64,000 nucleotides of DNA, taken from assembly GCF_009914755.1 (NCBI RefSeq), contig NC_060925.1. One strand, written 5' to 3'. This document shows, piece by piece, positions 1-13,558 of this stretch. Source of the DNA: the human T2T-CHM13v2.0 reference genome, Homo sapiens. The notes beneath the pieces were generated by a model, which was not told where the DNA came from, ran no database searches, and saw only the letters and a program-made list of their open reading frames with translations. Both the position numbers and the translations under genes were made by a program. How positions within the stretch are numbered: the stretch's first letter is position 1; every line of letters begins with the position of its first letter.

Positions 1-197
1 GTTGCTGTGAACATTCATACACATGTTTCTTAGTGCACTTATGAATGTATCTCTGTCTGGTTTATAACTGGGAGCAGAATCTCTGGGTCATACAACATGC
101 ACATGTTCAGTTTTAGCAGATACTGCCAAGCTATTTTTCAAAATGGTTGTACCAATTTACACTTTGACTAATTGCTCCACACCCTAGCTAATTCCAC

Positions 198-480
198 TTT
201 TTTTTTTTTAAGATAGTCTCACTCTGTCACCCAGGCTAGAGTGGAGTGGCACAATCTTGGCTCTCCGCCTCCCAGGTTCAAGCTATTCTCCTACCTCAGC
301 CTCCAGAGTAGCTGGAACTACAGGTGCACACCACCTTGCCCAGCTAATTTTTGTATTTTTGGTAGAGGCGGGGTTTCGCCATGTTGCTCAGGATGGTCTC
401 AACTCCTGAGCTCAGGTGATCCACCTGCCTCGGCCTCTCAAAGTGCTGGTATTACAGATGTGAGTCACCGCACCCTACCT
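198..480 (-). mobile_element. Alu (old, J/S-type)
   Basis: Poly-T followed by antisense Alu dimer. Confidence 0.93.
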
Positions 481-492
481 AATTCTTGGTAG

Positions 493-962
<470 letters not shown>

Positions 963-1569
963 TAAATAAGGTCCTTTGATAAATGGAAATTCTTCATTTT
1001 AGTGATGCTCAATTTATCAATATTTTCCTTTTTGATTAGCTCCTGGTTTAAGAAATCTTGGCCTATCCCAGGTCATAAAGCTATATGTTATCTTCTAGAA
1101 GTGTTACTGCTTTCATTTGCACAAGTATTGATTTTGTGTATTAATTTTCCATATGAATATTCAATTAATCTGGCACTATTTATTGAAAAGACCACCTTTT
1201 CCCTCACAAAACTACAGGGGCACCTTTGTCATATACCAAAGGTGAGTTTGTTTTTGAGCTCTAGAGTGTTCCATTGTCTGTTTTTCTATCGTTATGCCAA
1301 TACCACATTGTCTAAATTACCACTTTAAAATAAGTCTTGGTATTCAGTAATAGAGGTTTTCTAACCTTATTCTTTAAGACTTCCTTTTTATATGAGATTC
1401 CATATAAATTTGAGAATTGGTTTGTCAAATTCCACAAAAAGTCCCGCTGGGATTTTTATTGGCATTGCATTGAGTCAACAGATTGATTTGGGGAGAACTG
1501 AAATCTTACAATATTGTTATTATCAGCTGATTTCCTGTTTATTAAATTTTAAATTTTGTCTTGTTTCAT

Positions 1570-2045
1570 AAACTGGGATGTAAAGCTCAATGTTTATTCA
1601 TCTTATTTAATGCTGTATTCCAGAACTGAAGAATACTCGGCACATTGTGGGTTCTCAGTAAATATTTTTTGAAGCAGCAAATTAATATTCTACTGAGGTA
1701 CCTATTTTGCCCTCCTTACCCCCTTTTCTTGACCAGTCCTACTAATTCTTCAGATCTGAAATCATATGCTGTTTCCTCAGGGGATGATCCTTGACTGATC
1801 TCCCAGACAGGGTCAGGCTCCCCTGTTGCCTGTCCCTATTTTGACATCCTCCATTCTTACATTCATACTGTTGCATAATAAAACATTATACAGTAACTAT
1901 ATAATTATTTAGTATCAGTCTTCCATCTACAGTGTTAGCGCCCTGAGAATGAGGACCAAGTCTGTCTTAATTTCTAACTCACTTCTGCACTCCTAGTATC
2001 TAGCCTATTACTGTGTACAAGGCAGGTGTCAACAAATATTATTAA
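1570..2045 (-). mobile_element. L2 3'-end fragments
   Basis: Degenerate L2 tail motifs (cggcacattgtgggttctcagtaaatatt; aggcaggtgtcaacaaatatt). Confidence 0.55.
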
Positions 2046-2699
2046 ATTATTTTCTAAAAGAGGCCTAGACCCCCTCTGCTTTTTCTTAAAATTATGTTAT
2101 TATATTGCCAACATTTTGCTACCCTAACATCAAAAATCTCTCTAGATGTTTTCTGCTGCTTTTATTCTCTGGCTTATTTAATGGATGTTTTCTATCAGAT
2201 TTTCTAGGGTGGGAAAGGGGGTTTTTCATGTCCCCCCACCCCCAGCCCAGATTGGCTGAATCAGCAGACTCGGTTCTAAGCCGAAGTCCTAAATTACAGC
2301 TGGAGAAGCTACATTGCTAACAAGCTCTGCAAGTAACTGCTGCACTGGTGAGTTTGGCACCCACTCTTTTGGGTTACATTCATGACATTGCTGCTTTATC
2401 TCTGCACTCCATAATCTTTGTAACCCTGCTCTGGGTCCAGTTTCTCTCATCATTTTGGCCCATGCTGTGTTCTGCTTTTGCTCTCAAGGCTGCATTTTTT
2501 ATTTTGGCCACCTGCCCTTTAAGGACAGGTGGAAGGCCACCCCAGCTTCCTAGTTAAGAAGCTCATTAATCTCATCTTTATCTTCCTGGTCATGCTGACC
2601 AACCCAGCTTTATGGGCCACACATTGTCACAGTTCTCTGATCCAACTTCATAGACAGTGCAAAGGAAATAGCCCAAGATTTGAAATAAGGAAAGCAGAA

Positions 2700-2860
2700 T
2701 GCATCTGCACACAATTGTTTGCTATCTGTGTGACCTTGAAAATGTTACTTAACTTCTCTTCACTTCAGGTATAATAATAATATCTGTCCTCCTTACCTCA
2801 GAGATGTGAGGATCAAATGACATGATGTATTATGCCACAACTTTATAAACTGTAAGTGGA
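2700..2860 (+). mobile_element. MIR fragment
   Basis: MIR core-like tgtgtgaccttgaaaatgttacttaacttctct...ttacctca..gtgaggatcaaatga. Confidence 0.6.
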
Positions 2861-3226
2861 TATATACATAGTAATTATAAATAATAACCTCAGCCATCTT
2901 ACTCTTCGCATGATGGGGGGAACTATTTACACACTGACACCTTTAATAAGAAAAGACATTCTTCCTAGCACTGTCTTGTTCCTTCTTTTTAAAAAAGTTT
3001 ATTTATTATACTTCAAGTTCTGGGATACATGTGCAGAACGTGCAGGTTTTTTACATAGGTATATATGTACTATGTTGGTTTGCTGCACCCATCAACCCAT
3101 CATCTAGGTTTTAAGCCCCACATGCATTAGGTATTTGTCCTAATGCTCTCCCTCCCATGGCTCCCCACCCTATGACAGGTCCTGGTGTGTGATATTCCAC
3201 TCCCTGTGTCTATGCGTTCTCATTGT

Positions 3227-6200
3227 TCAACTCCCACTTATGAATGAGAATATGTGGTGCTTGGTTTTCTATTCCTGTGTTGGTTTGCTGAGAATGATGG
3301 TTTCCAGCTTCATCCATGTCCCTGCAAAGAACACGAATTCATTCTTTTTTATGGCTGCATAGTATTCCATGGTGTATATGTGCTACATTTTCTTTACCCA
3401 GTCTAACATTGATGGGTATTTGGGTTGGTTCCAAGTCTTTGCTATTGTGAATAGTGCTGCAATAAACATACGTGTGCATGTGTCTTTATAGAACGATTTA
3501 TAATCCTCTGGGTATATACCCAGTAATGGGATTGCTGGGTCAAATGATATTTCTGGTTCAAGATCCTTGAGGAATCACCATTATTTTCCACAATGGTTGA
3601 ACTAATTTACATGCCCACCAACAGTGTAAAAGCATTCCTATTTCTCCACATTTTCTCCAGCATCTGTTGTTTCCTGACTTTTAACAATCACCATTCCAAC
3701 TTGCCTGAGATGGTATCTAATTGTGGTTTTGATTTGCATTTCCCCAGTGATCAGTGATGATGAGCTTTTTTTCATGTTTGTGGTTTGCATAAATGTCTTC
3801 TTTTGAGAAGTTTCTCTTCATATTCTTTGCCCACTTTTTGATGGGGTTGTTTGTTTTTTTCTCATAAATTTGTTTAAGTTCTTTGTAGATCCTGGATATT
3901 AGCCCTTTATCAGATGGGTAGATTGCAAAAATTTTCTCCCATTCCTTAGGTTGCCTGTTCACTCTGGTGATAGTTTCTTTTGCTGTGCAGAAACTCTTTA
4001 GTTTAATTAGATCCCATTTGTCAATTCTGGCTTTTGTTGCCATTGCTTTTGGTGTTTTAGTCACGAAGTCTTTGCCCATGTTTATGTTCTGAATGGTATT
4101 ACCTAGGTTTTCTTCTAGGGTTTTTATGGCTTTAGGTTTTACATGTAAGTCTTTAATCCATCTTGAGTTAATTTTTGTATAAGGTGTAAGGAAGGAGTCC
4201 AGTTTCAGTCTTCTGCATATGGCTAGCCAGTTTTCCCAGCACCATTTATTAAATAGGGAATCCATTCCCCATTGCTTGTTTTTGTCAGGTTTGTCAAAGA
4301 TCACATGGTTTTAGATGTGTGGTGTTATTTCTGTGGCCTCTGTTCTGTTCTATTGGTCCATATATCTCTTTTGGTAACAGTACCATGCTATTTTGGTCAC
4401 TGTAGCCTTGTAGTATAGTTTGAAGTCAGGTAGCTTGATGCCTCCAGCTTTGTTCTTTTTGCTCAGGATTGTCTTGGCTATACAGGCTCTTTTTTGGCTC
4501 CATATGAAATTTAAAGTAGTTTTTTCTGATTCTGTGAAGAAAGCCAATGGTAGCTTGATTGGAAGAGCATTGAATCTATAAATTACTTTGGGCAGTATGG
4601 CCATTTTCACGATATTGATTCTTCCTATCCATGAGCATGGAATGTTTTTCCACTTGTTTGTGTCCTCTCTTATTTCCTTGAGCAGTGGTTTATAGTTCTC
4701 CTTGAAGAGGTCCTTCACATCCCTTGTAAGTTGTATTACTAGGTATTTTATTTTCTTTGTAGCAATTGTGAATGGGAGTTCACTGATGATTTGGCTCTCT
4801 GTTTGTCTATTATTGGTGTATAGGAATGCTTGTGATTTTTGCACATTGATTTTGCATCCTGAGACTTTGCTGAAGTTGTTTATCAGCTTAAGGGGTTTTG
4901 GGGCTGAAATGATGGGGTTTTCTAAATATACAATCATCTCATCTGCAAACAGAGACAATTTGACTTCCTCTCTTCCTATTTGAATACCTTTATTTCTTTC
5001 TCTTGCCTGATTTCCCTGGCCAGAATTTCCAATACTATGTTGAATTGGAGTTGTGAGAGAGGGCATCCTTGTCTTGTACCAGTTTTCAAAGGGAATGCTT
5101 CCAGCTTTTGCCCATTCAGTATAATATTGGCTGTGGGTTTGTCATAAATAGCTCTTATTATTTTGAGATATGTCCCATCAATACCTAGTTTACTGAGTGT
5201 TTTTAGCGTGAAGAGATGTTGAATTTTGTTGAAAACTTTTTCTGCATCTATTGAGATAATCATGCGGTTTTTGTCGTTGGTTCTGTTTATGTGATGGATT
5301 ACGTTTATTGATTTGCATATGTTGAACCAGCCTTGCATCCCAGGGATGAAGCCAACTTGATTGTGGTGGATAAGCTTTTTGATGTACTGCTGTATTCAGT
5401 TTGCCAGTATTTTATTGAGGATTTTCGCATTGATGTTCATCAGGGATATTGGGCTGAAATTTTCTTTTTGTGTGTGTGTGTCTCTGCCAGGTATTGGTAT
5501 CAGGATGATGCTGGCCTCATAAAATGGGTTAGGGAGGAGTCCCTCTTTTTCTATTGTTTGGAATAGTTTCAGGAGGAATGGCACCAGCTCCTCTTTGTAC
5601 CTCTGGTAGAATTCGGCTGTAAATCCATCTGGTGCTGGGCTTTTTTTTGGTTGGTAGGTTATTAATTACTGCCTCAATTTCAGAACTTGTTATTGGTCTA
5701 TTCAGGGATTCAACTTCTTCCTGGTTTAGCCTTGGGAGGGTGTACATGTCCAGGAATTTATCTATTTCTTCTAGATTTTCTAGTTTATTTGCATAGAGGT
5801 GTTTATAGTATTCTCTGATGGTAGTTTGTATTTCTGTGGGATCAGTGGTGATATCCCCTTTATCATTTTTTATTGCATCTATTTGATTCTTCTCTCTTTT
5901 CTTCTTTATGAGTCTGGCTAGCAATCTATCTACTTTGTTAATCTTTTCAAAAAACCAGCTCCTGGATTCATTGATTTTTTTGAAGGGTTTTTTGTGTCTC
6001 TATCTCCTTGAGTTCTGCTCTTAGTTATTTCTTGCCTTCTGCTAGCTTTTGAATGTGTTTGCTCTTGCTTCTCTCGTTCTTTTAATTGTGATGTTAGGGT
6101 GTCAATTTTAGATCTTTCTTGCTTTCTGATGTGGGTGTTTAGTGCTATAAATTTCCCTCTTAACACTGCGTTAGCTGTGTCCCAGAGATTCTGGTACATT

Positions 6201-7092
6201 GCATCTTTGTTCTCATTGGTTTCAAAGAACATCTTTACTTCTGCCTTCATTTCATTATTTACCCAGTAGTCATTCAGGAGCAGGTTGTTCAGTTTCCATG
6301 TAGTGCAGTTTTGAGTGAGTTTCTTAATCCTGAGTTCTAATTTGATTGCACTGTTGTCTAAGAGACTGTTCGTTATGATTTCTGTTCTTTGAACTGTTTG
6401 TCTAAGAGACTGTTTGTTATGATTTCTGTTCTTTTGCATTTGCTGAGGAGTCTTTTACTTCCAATTATGTGGCCTATTTTAGAATAAGTGCTATGTGGTG
6501 CTGAGAATAATGTATATTCTGTTGATTTGGGGTTGAGAGTTATGTTTATGTGATGGATTATGTCAATTAGGTCCACTTGGTCCAGAGTTGATTTCAAGTC
6601 CTGAATATCCTTGTTAATTTTCTGTCTTGTTGATCTAATATTGACAGTGGGGTGTTAAAGTCTCCCACTATTATTGTGTGGGAGTCTAAGTCTCTTTGTA
6701 GGTCTCTAAGAACTTGCTTCATGAATCTGGGTGCTCCTGTATTGGGTGCATATATATTTAGGATAGTTAGCTCTTCTTGTTGCATTGATCCCTTTGCCAT
6801 TATGTAATGCCCTTCTTTGTCTTTTTTGATCTTTGTTGGTTTAAAGTCTGTTTTATCAGAGACTAGAATTGCAACCCCTGCTTTTTTTTGCTTTCCATTT
6901 GCTTGGTAAATATTCCTCCATCCCTTTATTTTGAGCCTATGTGTGTCTTTACACATGAAATGGGTCTCCTGAATACAGCATACCAATGGGTCCTGACTCT
7001 ATCCAATTTGCCAGTCTGTGTCTTTTAACTGGGGCATTTAGACCATTTACACTTAAGGTTAATATTGTTATGTGTGAATTTGATCCTGCCAT
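3227..7092 (-). pseudogene. L1 ORF2p remnant (APE endonuclease, reverse transcriptase), frameshifted
   Basis: ORF fragments [35 protein letters not shown] (FADD changed to FADE); multiple frameshifts and stops. Confidence 0.93.
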
Positions 7093-7155
7093 CATGATGC
7101 TAGCTGGTTATTTTGCACATTAGTTGATGCAGTTTCTTCACAGTGTCATTGGCCT

Positions 7156-8189
7156 TTATATTTTGGTATGTTTTTGCAGTGGCTGGTACCAGTTTTTCCT
7201 TTCCATATTTAGTGCTTCCTTCAGGAGCTCTTGTAAGGCAGGCCTGGTAGTGACAAAATCCCTCAGCATTTGCTTGTCTGTAAAGGATTTTATTTCTCCT
7301 TCACCTACTTCTGTCAATTTGTTGCTTATGGAGCTTAGTTTGGCTGGATATGAAATTCTGGGTTGAAAATTCTTTTCTTTAAGAATGTTGAATATTGACC
7401 CCCCCTCTCTTCTGGCTTTCAGGGTTTCTGCAAAGAGATCCACTGTTAGTCTGATGGGCTTCCCTTTGTAGGTAACCTGACCTTTCTCTCTGGTTGCCCT
7501 TAACATTTTTTCCTTCATTTCAACCTTGAAGAATCTGATGATTATGTGTCTTGGGGTTGCTCTTCTCAAGGAGTATTTTAGTGGTGTTCTCTGTATTTCC
7601 TGAATTTGAATGTTGGCCTATCTTGCTAGGTTGGAGAAGTTCTCCTGGATAATAACCTGAAGTGTGTTTTCCAACTTCATTCCATTCTCCCTGTCACTTT
7701 CAATCGTCGGTTTGGTCTTTTCACATAGTCCCACATTTCTTGGAGGCTTTGTTCATTCTTTTCTATTCATTCTTCTCTAATCTTGTCTTCATGCTTTATT
7801 TCATTAAGTTGATCTCTAATCTCTGATATCCTTTCTTCCACTTGATTGATTCGGCTATTGATACTTCTGTATGCTTCATGAAGTTCTCATGCTGTGTTTT
7901 TCAGCTCCATCAGGTCATTTATGTTCTTCTCTAAACTGGTTATTCTAGTTAGCAATTCCTGCAGACTTTTATCAAGGTTCTTAGCTTCCATGCATTGGGT
8001 TAGAACATGTGCCTTTAGCTCAGAGGAGTTTGTTATTACCCACCTTCTGAAGCCTACTCCTGTCAATTTGTCAAACTCATTCTCCATCCAGTTTTGTGCC
8101 CTTGCTGGAGAGGAGTTGCAATCATTTGGAGGAAAAGAGGCGTTCTGGTTTTTGGAATTTTCAGTATTTTCGCACTGGTTTTTCTTCAT
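7156..8189 (-). pseudogene. L1 ORF1p remnant
   Basis: MKKNQ...coiled coil; RATPRHIIIRF; NFQPRISYPAKLS; reading frame broken. Confidence 0.92.
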
Positions 8190-9551
8190 CTTCGTGGATT
8201 TATCTATCTTTGATCTTTGATGTTGATGGCCTTTCGATGGGGTTTTGATGTCCTTTTTGTTGATGTTGATGTTGATGTTATTGCTTTCTGTTTTTTAGTT
8301 TTCCTTCTAACAGTCAGGCCCTTCTGCTGCAGGTCTGCTGGAGTTTGCTGGAGGTCCACTCCAGAACCTGTTGCCTGGGTATCACCAGTGGAGGCTGCAG
8401 AACAGCAAAGATTTCTGCCTATTCCTTCCTCTGGAAGCTTCATCCCAGAAGGGCACCTGCCTGATGCCAGCTGGAGCTCTCCCGTATGAGGTGTCTGCCG
8501 ACCCCTGCTGGGAGGTATCAACCAGTCAGGAGGCATGACCGTCAGGAACCCACTTGAGGAGGCAGTCTGTCCCTTAGCAGAGCTCAAGCGTGGTGCTGGG
8601 AGATCCGCTGCTCTCTTCGGAGCCACCAGTCAGGGACGTTTAAGTCTGCTGAAGCTGTGCCCACAGCCGCCCCCGCCCCTCACTCCCCACCCCACCACCG
8701 CCCCCTCCCCTCCGCCGCCAGGTGCTCTGTCCCAGGGAGATGGGAATTTTATCTATAAGCCCCTGACTGGAGCTGCTGCCTTTCTTTCAGAGATGCCCTG
8801 CCCAGTGAGGAGGAATCTAGAGAGGCAGTCTGGACACAGCCACTTTGCCGTGCTGCAGTCAGTTCCCCCAAACTTCCCAGCAGCTTCCTTAACACTGTGA
8901 GGGGAAAACCGCTTACTCAAGCCTCAGTAATGGCGGATGCCCCGCCCCCCACCAAGTTCAATTGTCTCAGGTCAGCTTCAGACTACTGTGCTGGCAGCAA
9001 GAATTTCAAGCCGGTGGTTCTTAGCTTGCTGGGCTCTGTGGGAGTGGGACCTGCTGAGCGAGACCACTTGGCTCCCTGGCTTCAGCCTCCTTTCCAGGGG
9101 AGTGAACGGTTCTGTCTCACTGGGGTTCCCGGCACCACTGGGGTATGGAAAAAAAAAAACTGCAGCTAGCTCAGTGCCTGCCCAAACAGCTGCCCAGGGC
9201 CCTGGTGATGTAGGCACACTAGGGAATCTCCTGGTCTGCAGGTTGCAAAACTGCGGGAAAAGCATAGTATCTGGGACTGATAGCATAGTCCCTCACAGCT
9301 TCCCTTGGCTGGTGGAGGGAGGCTCCCTGCTCCTTGCACTTCTCGAGTGAGGTGACGCCCCACCCTGCTTCTGCTCACCCTCTGTGGGCTGCACCCACCG
9401 TCTAACCAGTCCTAGTGAGATGAACCGGGTACCTCAGTTGGAAATGCAGAAATCACCCACTTTCTGCATTGGTCTCACTGGGAGCTGTAGACTGGAGCTG
9501 TTCCTATTCGACCATCTTGCCAGATCTGTCTTGTTCCTTCTAAGAAATAAA

Positions 9552-9878
<327 letters not shown>

Positions 9879-10327
9879 CTAATTATCGTCTATCGTCTTC
9901 TCTGACCTCAAAATATCCTTTACACTGTGTCTCTGGCTATACAATAAAATATCTTAACATTTTTTGAGCCTTTCTATTTTTCAGTACTCATCTGTGTGGG
10001 TTACACAAACTTGTCTTGATAAAAGTAATATTTCTCAAGCAATGGAAGTAGAAAGTCTCAAGTTGTTCCTTTGAAAAGCTGAAAGTATTGATCTACTATG
10101 TGACTCATAATTCCCACCTCTCTAATGAACTTTAATTATCCGTCCCCTGCAATCTATCACCCACTTCTGTTGATTCTATTCACTAACTCTCAATTCCTTT
10201 CCCTCTCCTCTGTTGCCATTGTCTTATTCAAATCTTCCTCATCCTTAATGGCTACCATTATAATTCCCTCCTAACTTGTTTAACTGCCTTAATTTGCTGT
10301 CTTCCAATTGTTCCTCTATACTGCCAT

Positions 10328-10981
10328 TAGGAATCAACAAACTATAGCTTTTGGATGAAAGCCAGGCCATAAAATTTTTTGGAACATAGTCACACTCTTT
10401 CATTTATGTATTGTCTATGGCTGCTTTGGTGCTACTGTACTGAGTAGTTTCAACTCAGTAACTACACAGCCTGTGAAGTGGGTTGAGTGATGGCCCCAAA
10501 AAGATATGTTCACCTCCTAGTTTCTGGGACCTCAGAATGTTAACTTATTTGGAAAAAAGTCTTTTCAGATATAATTAAATTAGAATCTTGAGATGAGCTC
10601 ATCCTGGATTACCCAGGTAGGCCCTAAATTTAACAACAAATGTCCTTAAAAGAAACACACAGAAGACACATACGGAGTAGAAGGCAATGTAAAGATGAAG
10701 GCAGAGATTGGAGTAATGTGGCCACAAGCCAAAGAAGCCAAGGAACGCCTGGAAGACACAAGGAACCTTGTCTTCCCTTATAGCTTCTGGAGGCAGTGCA
10801 GCCTTACCAACACCTTGATTTTGGTATCTCGGTCTCCAGAACTGTGGGAAAATAAATTTTGGTTGTTTTAAGCCACTAAAGTCATGGTCATTTTATTACA
10901 TCAGGCTTGGGAACTAATACGGCACATAATTCTAAAATATTGACTACCTGGTCCTTTAAGAGAAAAGTACGCCAATCTTTG
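10328..10981 (+). mobile_element. MER58A-like hAT MITE, split by an MLT1 LTR
   Basis: ggaacatagtcacactctttcatttatgtattgtctatggctgcttt ... ctaaaatattgactacctggtccttta. Confidence 0.7.
10474..10920 (+). mobile_element. MLT1B/C-type MaLR solo LTR
   Basis: ccccaaaagatatgttcac..cttatttggaaa..ggcagagattggagt..ctccagaactgtg..aataaattt..ttaagccac..gaactaatac. Confidence 0.85.
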
Positions 10982-11139
10982 CATTAAAGTTACATTTTCT
11001 AAAATGCAAATCTAATCATTTCATTCCCTCACTTCAGAAAAAGTCAAACTTATTAGCATGACATGAGAAACTTCTTAACTGACCCCTGCCCACTTCCTCA
11101 GCTGTATACTGCCTACTTCTTCTTTCTTTCCTCCTTCTT

Positions 11140-11410
11140 TTAAATAAACTGGTAATTTTATAATAGTTCTACATTTACAAAAAAGTTGCAATGGTATTAT
11201 AGAGGATTCCTTATATTTTGAATGCAGTTTTCCCTTATTATTAACATTTTGCATTAGTATGGTACATTTATCACAGCTAAAAAACCAATATTGACACATT
11301 ATTATTAACTAAAGTCCATACTTTATCTAGATTTCCTAGTTTTTAATCTGTCTTCTTTCCTTGAATCTCATTTAAAATACCACATTACATTTAATCATTA
11401 TATCTCTTTT
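11140..11410 (-). mobile_element. L1MC/MD-type 3' end fragment
   Basis: ggtacatttatcaca..ccaatattgacacattattattaactaaagtccatacttta. Confidence 0.7.
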
Positions 11411-11646
11411 TATCTTTCCCTTTCCCTTCCTTCTCTTCTTATTTGTTTGTTTCTCTTCTGTGCTAAACACTGGGAATATAAACAAGCATGGCTTTCCTTA
11501 AAGTTCACAGTCTAGTAGTCAGTAAAACTAAAAATGAAAAAGTTAATTAATTAATATGGTTAAGATACATGCTACGAAGGACATGAGCAGCAGACAGGCT
11601 GAAGCCGTGTTACACAGAGCCGTAATAAGGACTAACTGTATCTGAC

Positions 11647-11952
<306 letters not shown>

Positions 11953-12720
11953 TCTGATTTTTTAAAATGATTATTCTTAGTGGGAGTAAAAGTGACAGCA
12001 GAAACACCTATTAAGGAAGCTATTGCAATGGTCCCCATTAGAGATGATAGTGGCTTGGAGTGAGTGGGTGAAGTGGAGATGGAATTAGAGAGAGTAGCCA
12101 TATTCCAGAGATATTTCTGAGATAGAAACAAGGGGACTTGATAAATGTTGATGTGGAGAAGGAGAAACAAAGTGAAATCAATTACCAACCTCTCAGTGTA
12201 GGTCTGTCTGCCCCAGCCATACTAAACACTTGTTGCTGTCATATTTACCAAGAGAGCTAGAGTCCAAAGCTTTTAGAGTTACTGAACTCTCTGGTTAAAT
12301 GCCTTTTTCTCCCCCCAGTTACCTGATTGGCAAATAATTTCTCTTCAATATTCTGTTCTCTTCACTGTTCCTCACCTGCTCTGGGAAGCCTTCCCTGACA
12401 ATGCCTCAGTATTCCAACCTCCACTCTACCTCCCAGAATTAGAGAGGCTTTCCTTCCTCTGTGTTTCCACAGCAGCGTGTGCATAATTCTATGCTAGCTT
12501 GTAGCACTCATATTGTTGTACTGTTACCATTTGTTTACATATCTATTTTTTGAAGGCATGTGTCATATTTATAGTACAATCCCTGGCACAAAGAAAAGTA
12601 AATAAATGTTTAATCGATCAATTCTTTACTATAATTCACAGAAACAGAAAAAATAACATTACTTAAAATTTACATACAAGAAAGTCATTATCAAAGCCAT
12701 TACTAGTAAATCTGAAATAT

Positions 12721-13015
12721 GGTTGAGCGCGGTGACTCACGCCTGTAATCCCAACACTGGGAGGCCGAGGCAGGAGGATCACTTGAGGTCAGGAGTTCAA
12801 GACCAGCCTGGCCAACATGGTGAAACCCTGTCTCTACTAAAAATACAAAAATTAGCCAGGCATGGTGGTGGGCACCTGTAATCTCAGCTACTCAGGAGGC
12901 TGAGGCAGGAGAATCGCTTGAACCTGAGAGGTGGAGGTTGCAGTGAGCGCGATCGAGCCACTGCACTCTAGCCTGAGCAACAAGAGCAAAACTCTGTCTC
13001 AAAAAAAAAAAAAAA
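12721..13015 (+). mobile_element. AluS-type
   Basis: Dimer with poly-A; TSD core ctgaaatat. Confidence 0.95.
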
Positions 13016-13196
13016 CTGAAATATAACTAATGTCATCCACAGTGTACTTGTGTACTTATTACTTCTAATCTTTTCAAGCGCATTTCTGTTTAAAACCTAT
13101 GATCTTATTAAGTCTCTTTTATCATAAATTATATTTTATAGACTCTATTGAGAGACATCTAAAGTAAAGCCATATTATTTGTAAAGTTTCAACTTT

Positions 13197-13558
13197 CTTT
13201 TTTTTCTTTCTTTTTTTAAGAGACTGGGTCTCACTATGTTGCCCAGGCTGACCCCAAACTCCTGGGCTCAAGAGATTCTCCCGCCTCAGCCTACTGAGTA
13301 GTTTGGAGTGCAGTGGCGTGATCTCGGCTCACTGTAACCTCCACCTCCCCAGTTCAAGTGATCCTCCCACCTCAGCCTTCTGAGTAGCTGGGATTACAGG
13401 TGAGCGCCACCATGCCTGGTTAATTATTTTGTATTTTTAGCAGAGATGGGGTTTCACCAAGTTGGCCAGGCTGGTCTCGAACTCCTGACGTCAAGTGATT
13501 CGCCAGCCTCAGCCTCCCAAAATGCTGGGCTTACAGACATGAGCCACCGCACCTGGCC
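13197..13558 (-). mobile_element. Chimeric Alu (AluS body fused to a FLAM/AluJ-like monomer 3' part)
   Basis: Monomer-like segment 13197-13302 joined to AluS right and left arms 13303-13558. Confidence 0.85.

Larger units (their letters stand above)
2987..9525 (-). mobile_element. Full-length LINE-1, L1PA8-like, inactive
   Basis: 5' end ggcaagatggtcgaataggaacagctcc, ~1.3-kb 5'UTR, ORF1, ORF2, L1PA8-type 3'UTR (tcatctaggttttaagcccc.catgcattagg); perfect 16-bp TSD ctgtcttgttccttct at 2971-2986 and 9526-9541. Confidence 0.95.

Noticed and set aside
2205-2275. G/C boxes, CCAAT (attgg) and tgaatca cluster as a promoter
   Set aside because: Short motifs, no CpG island, no linked exon; not supportable from sequence alone.
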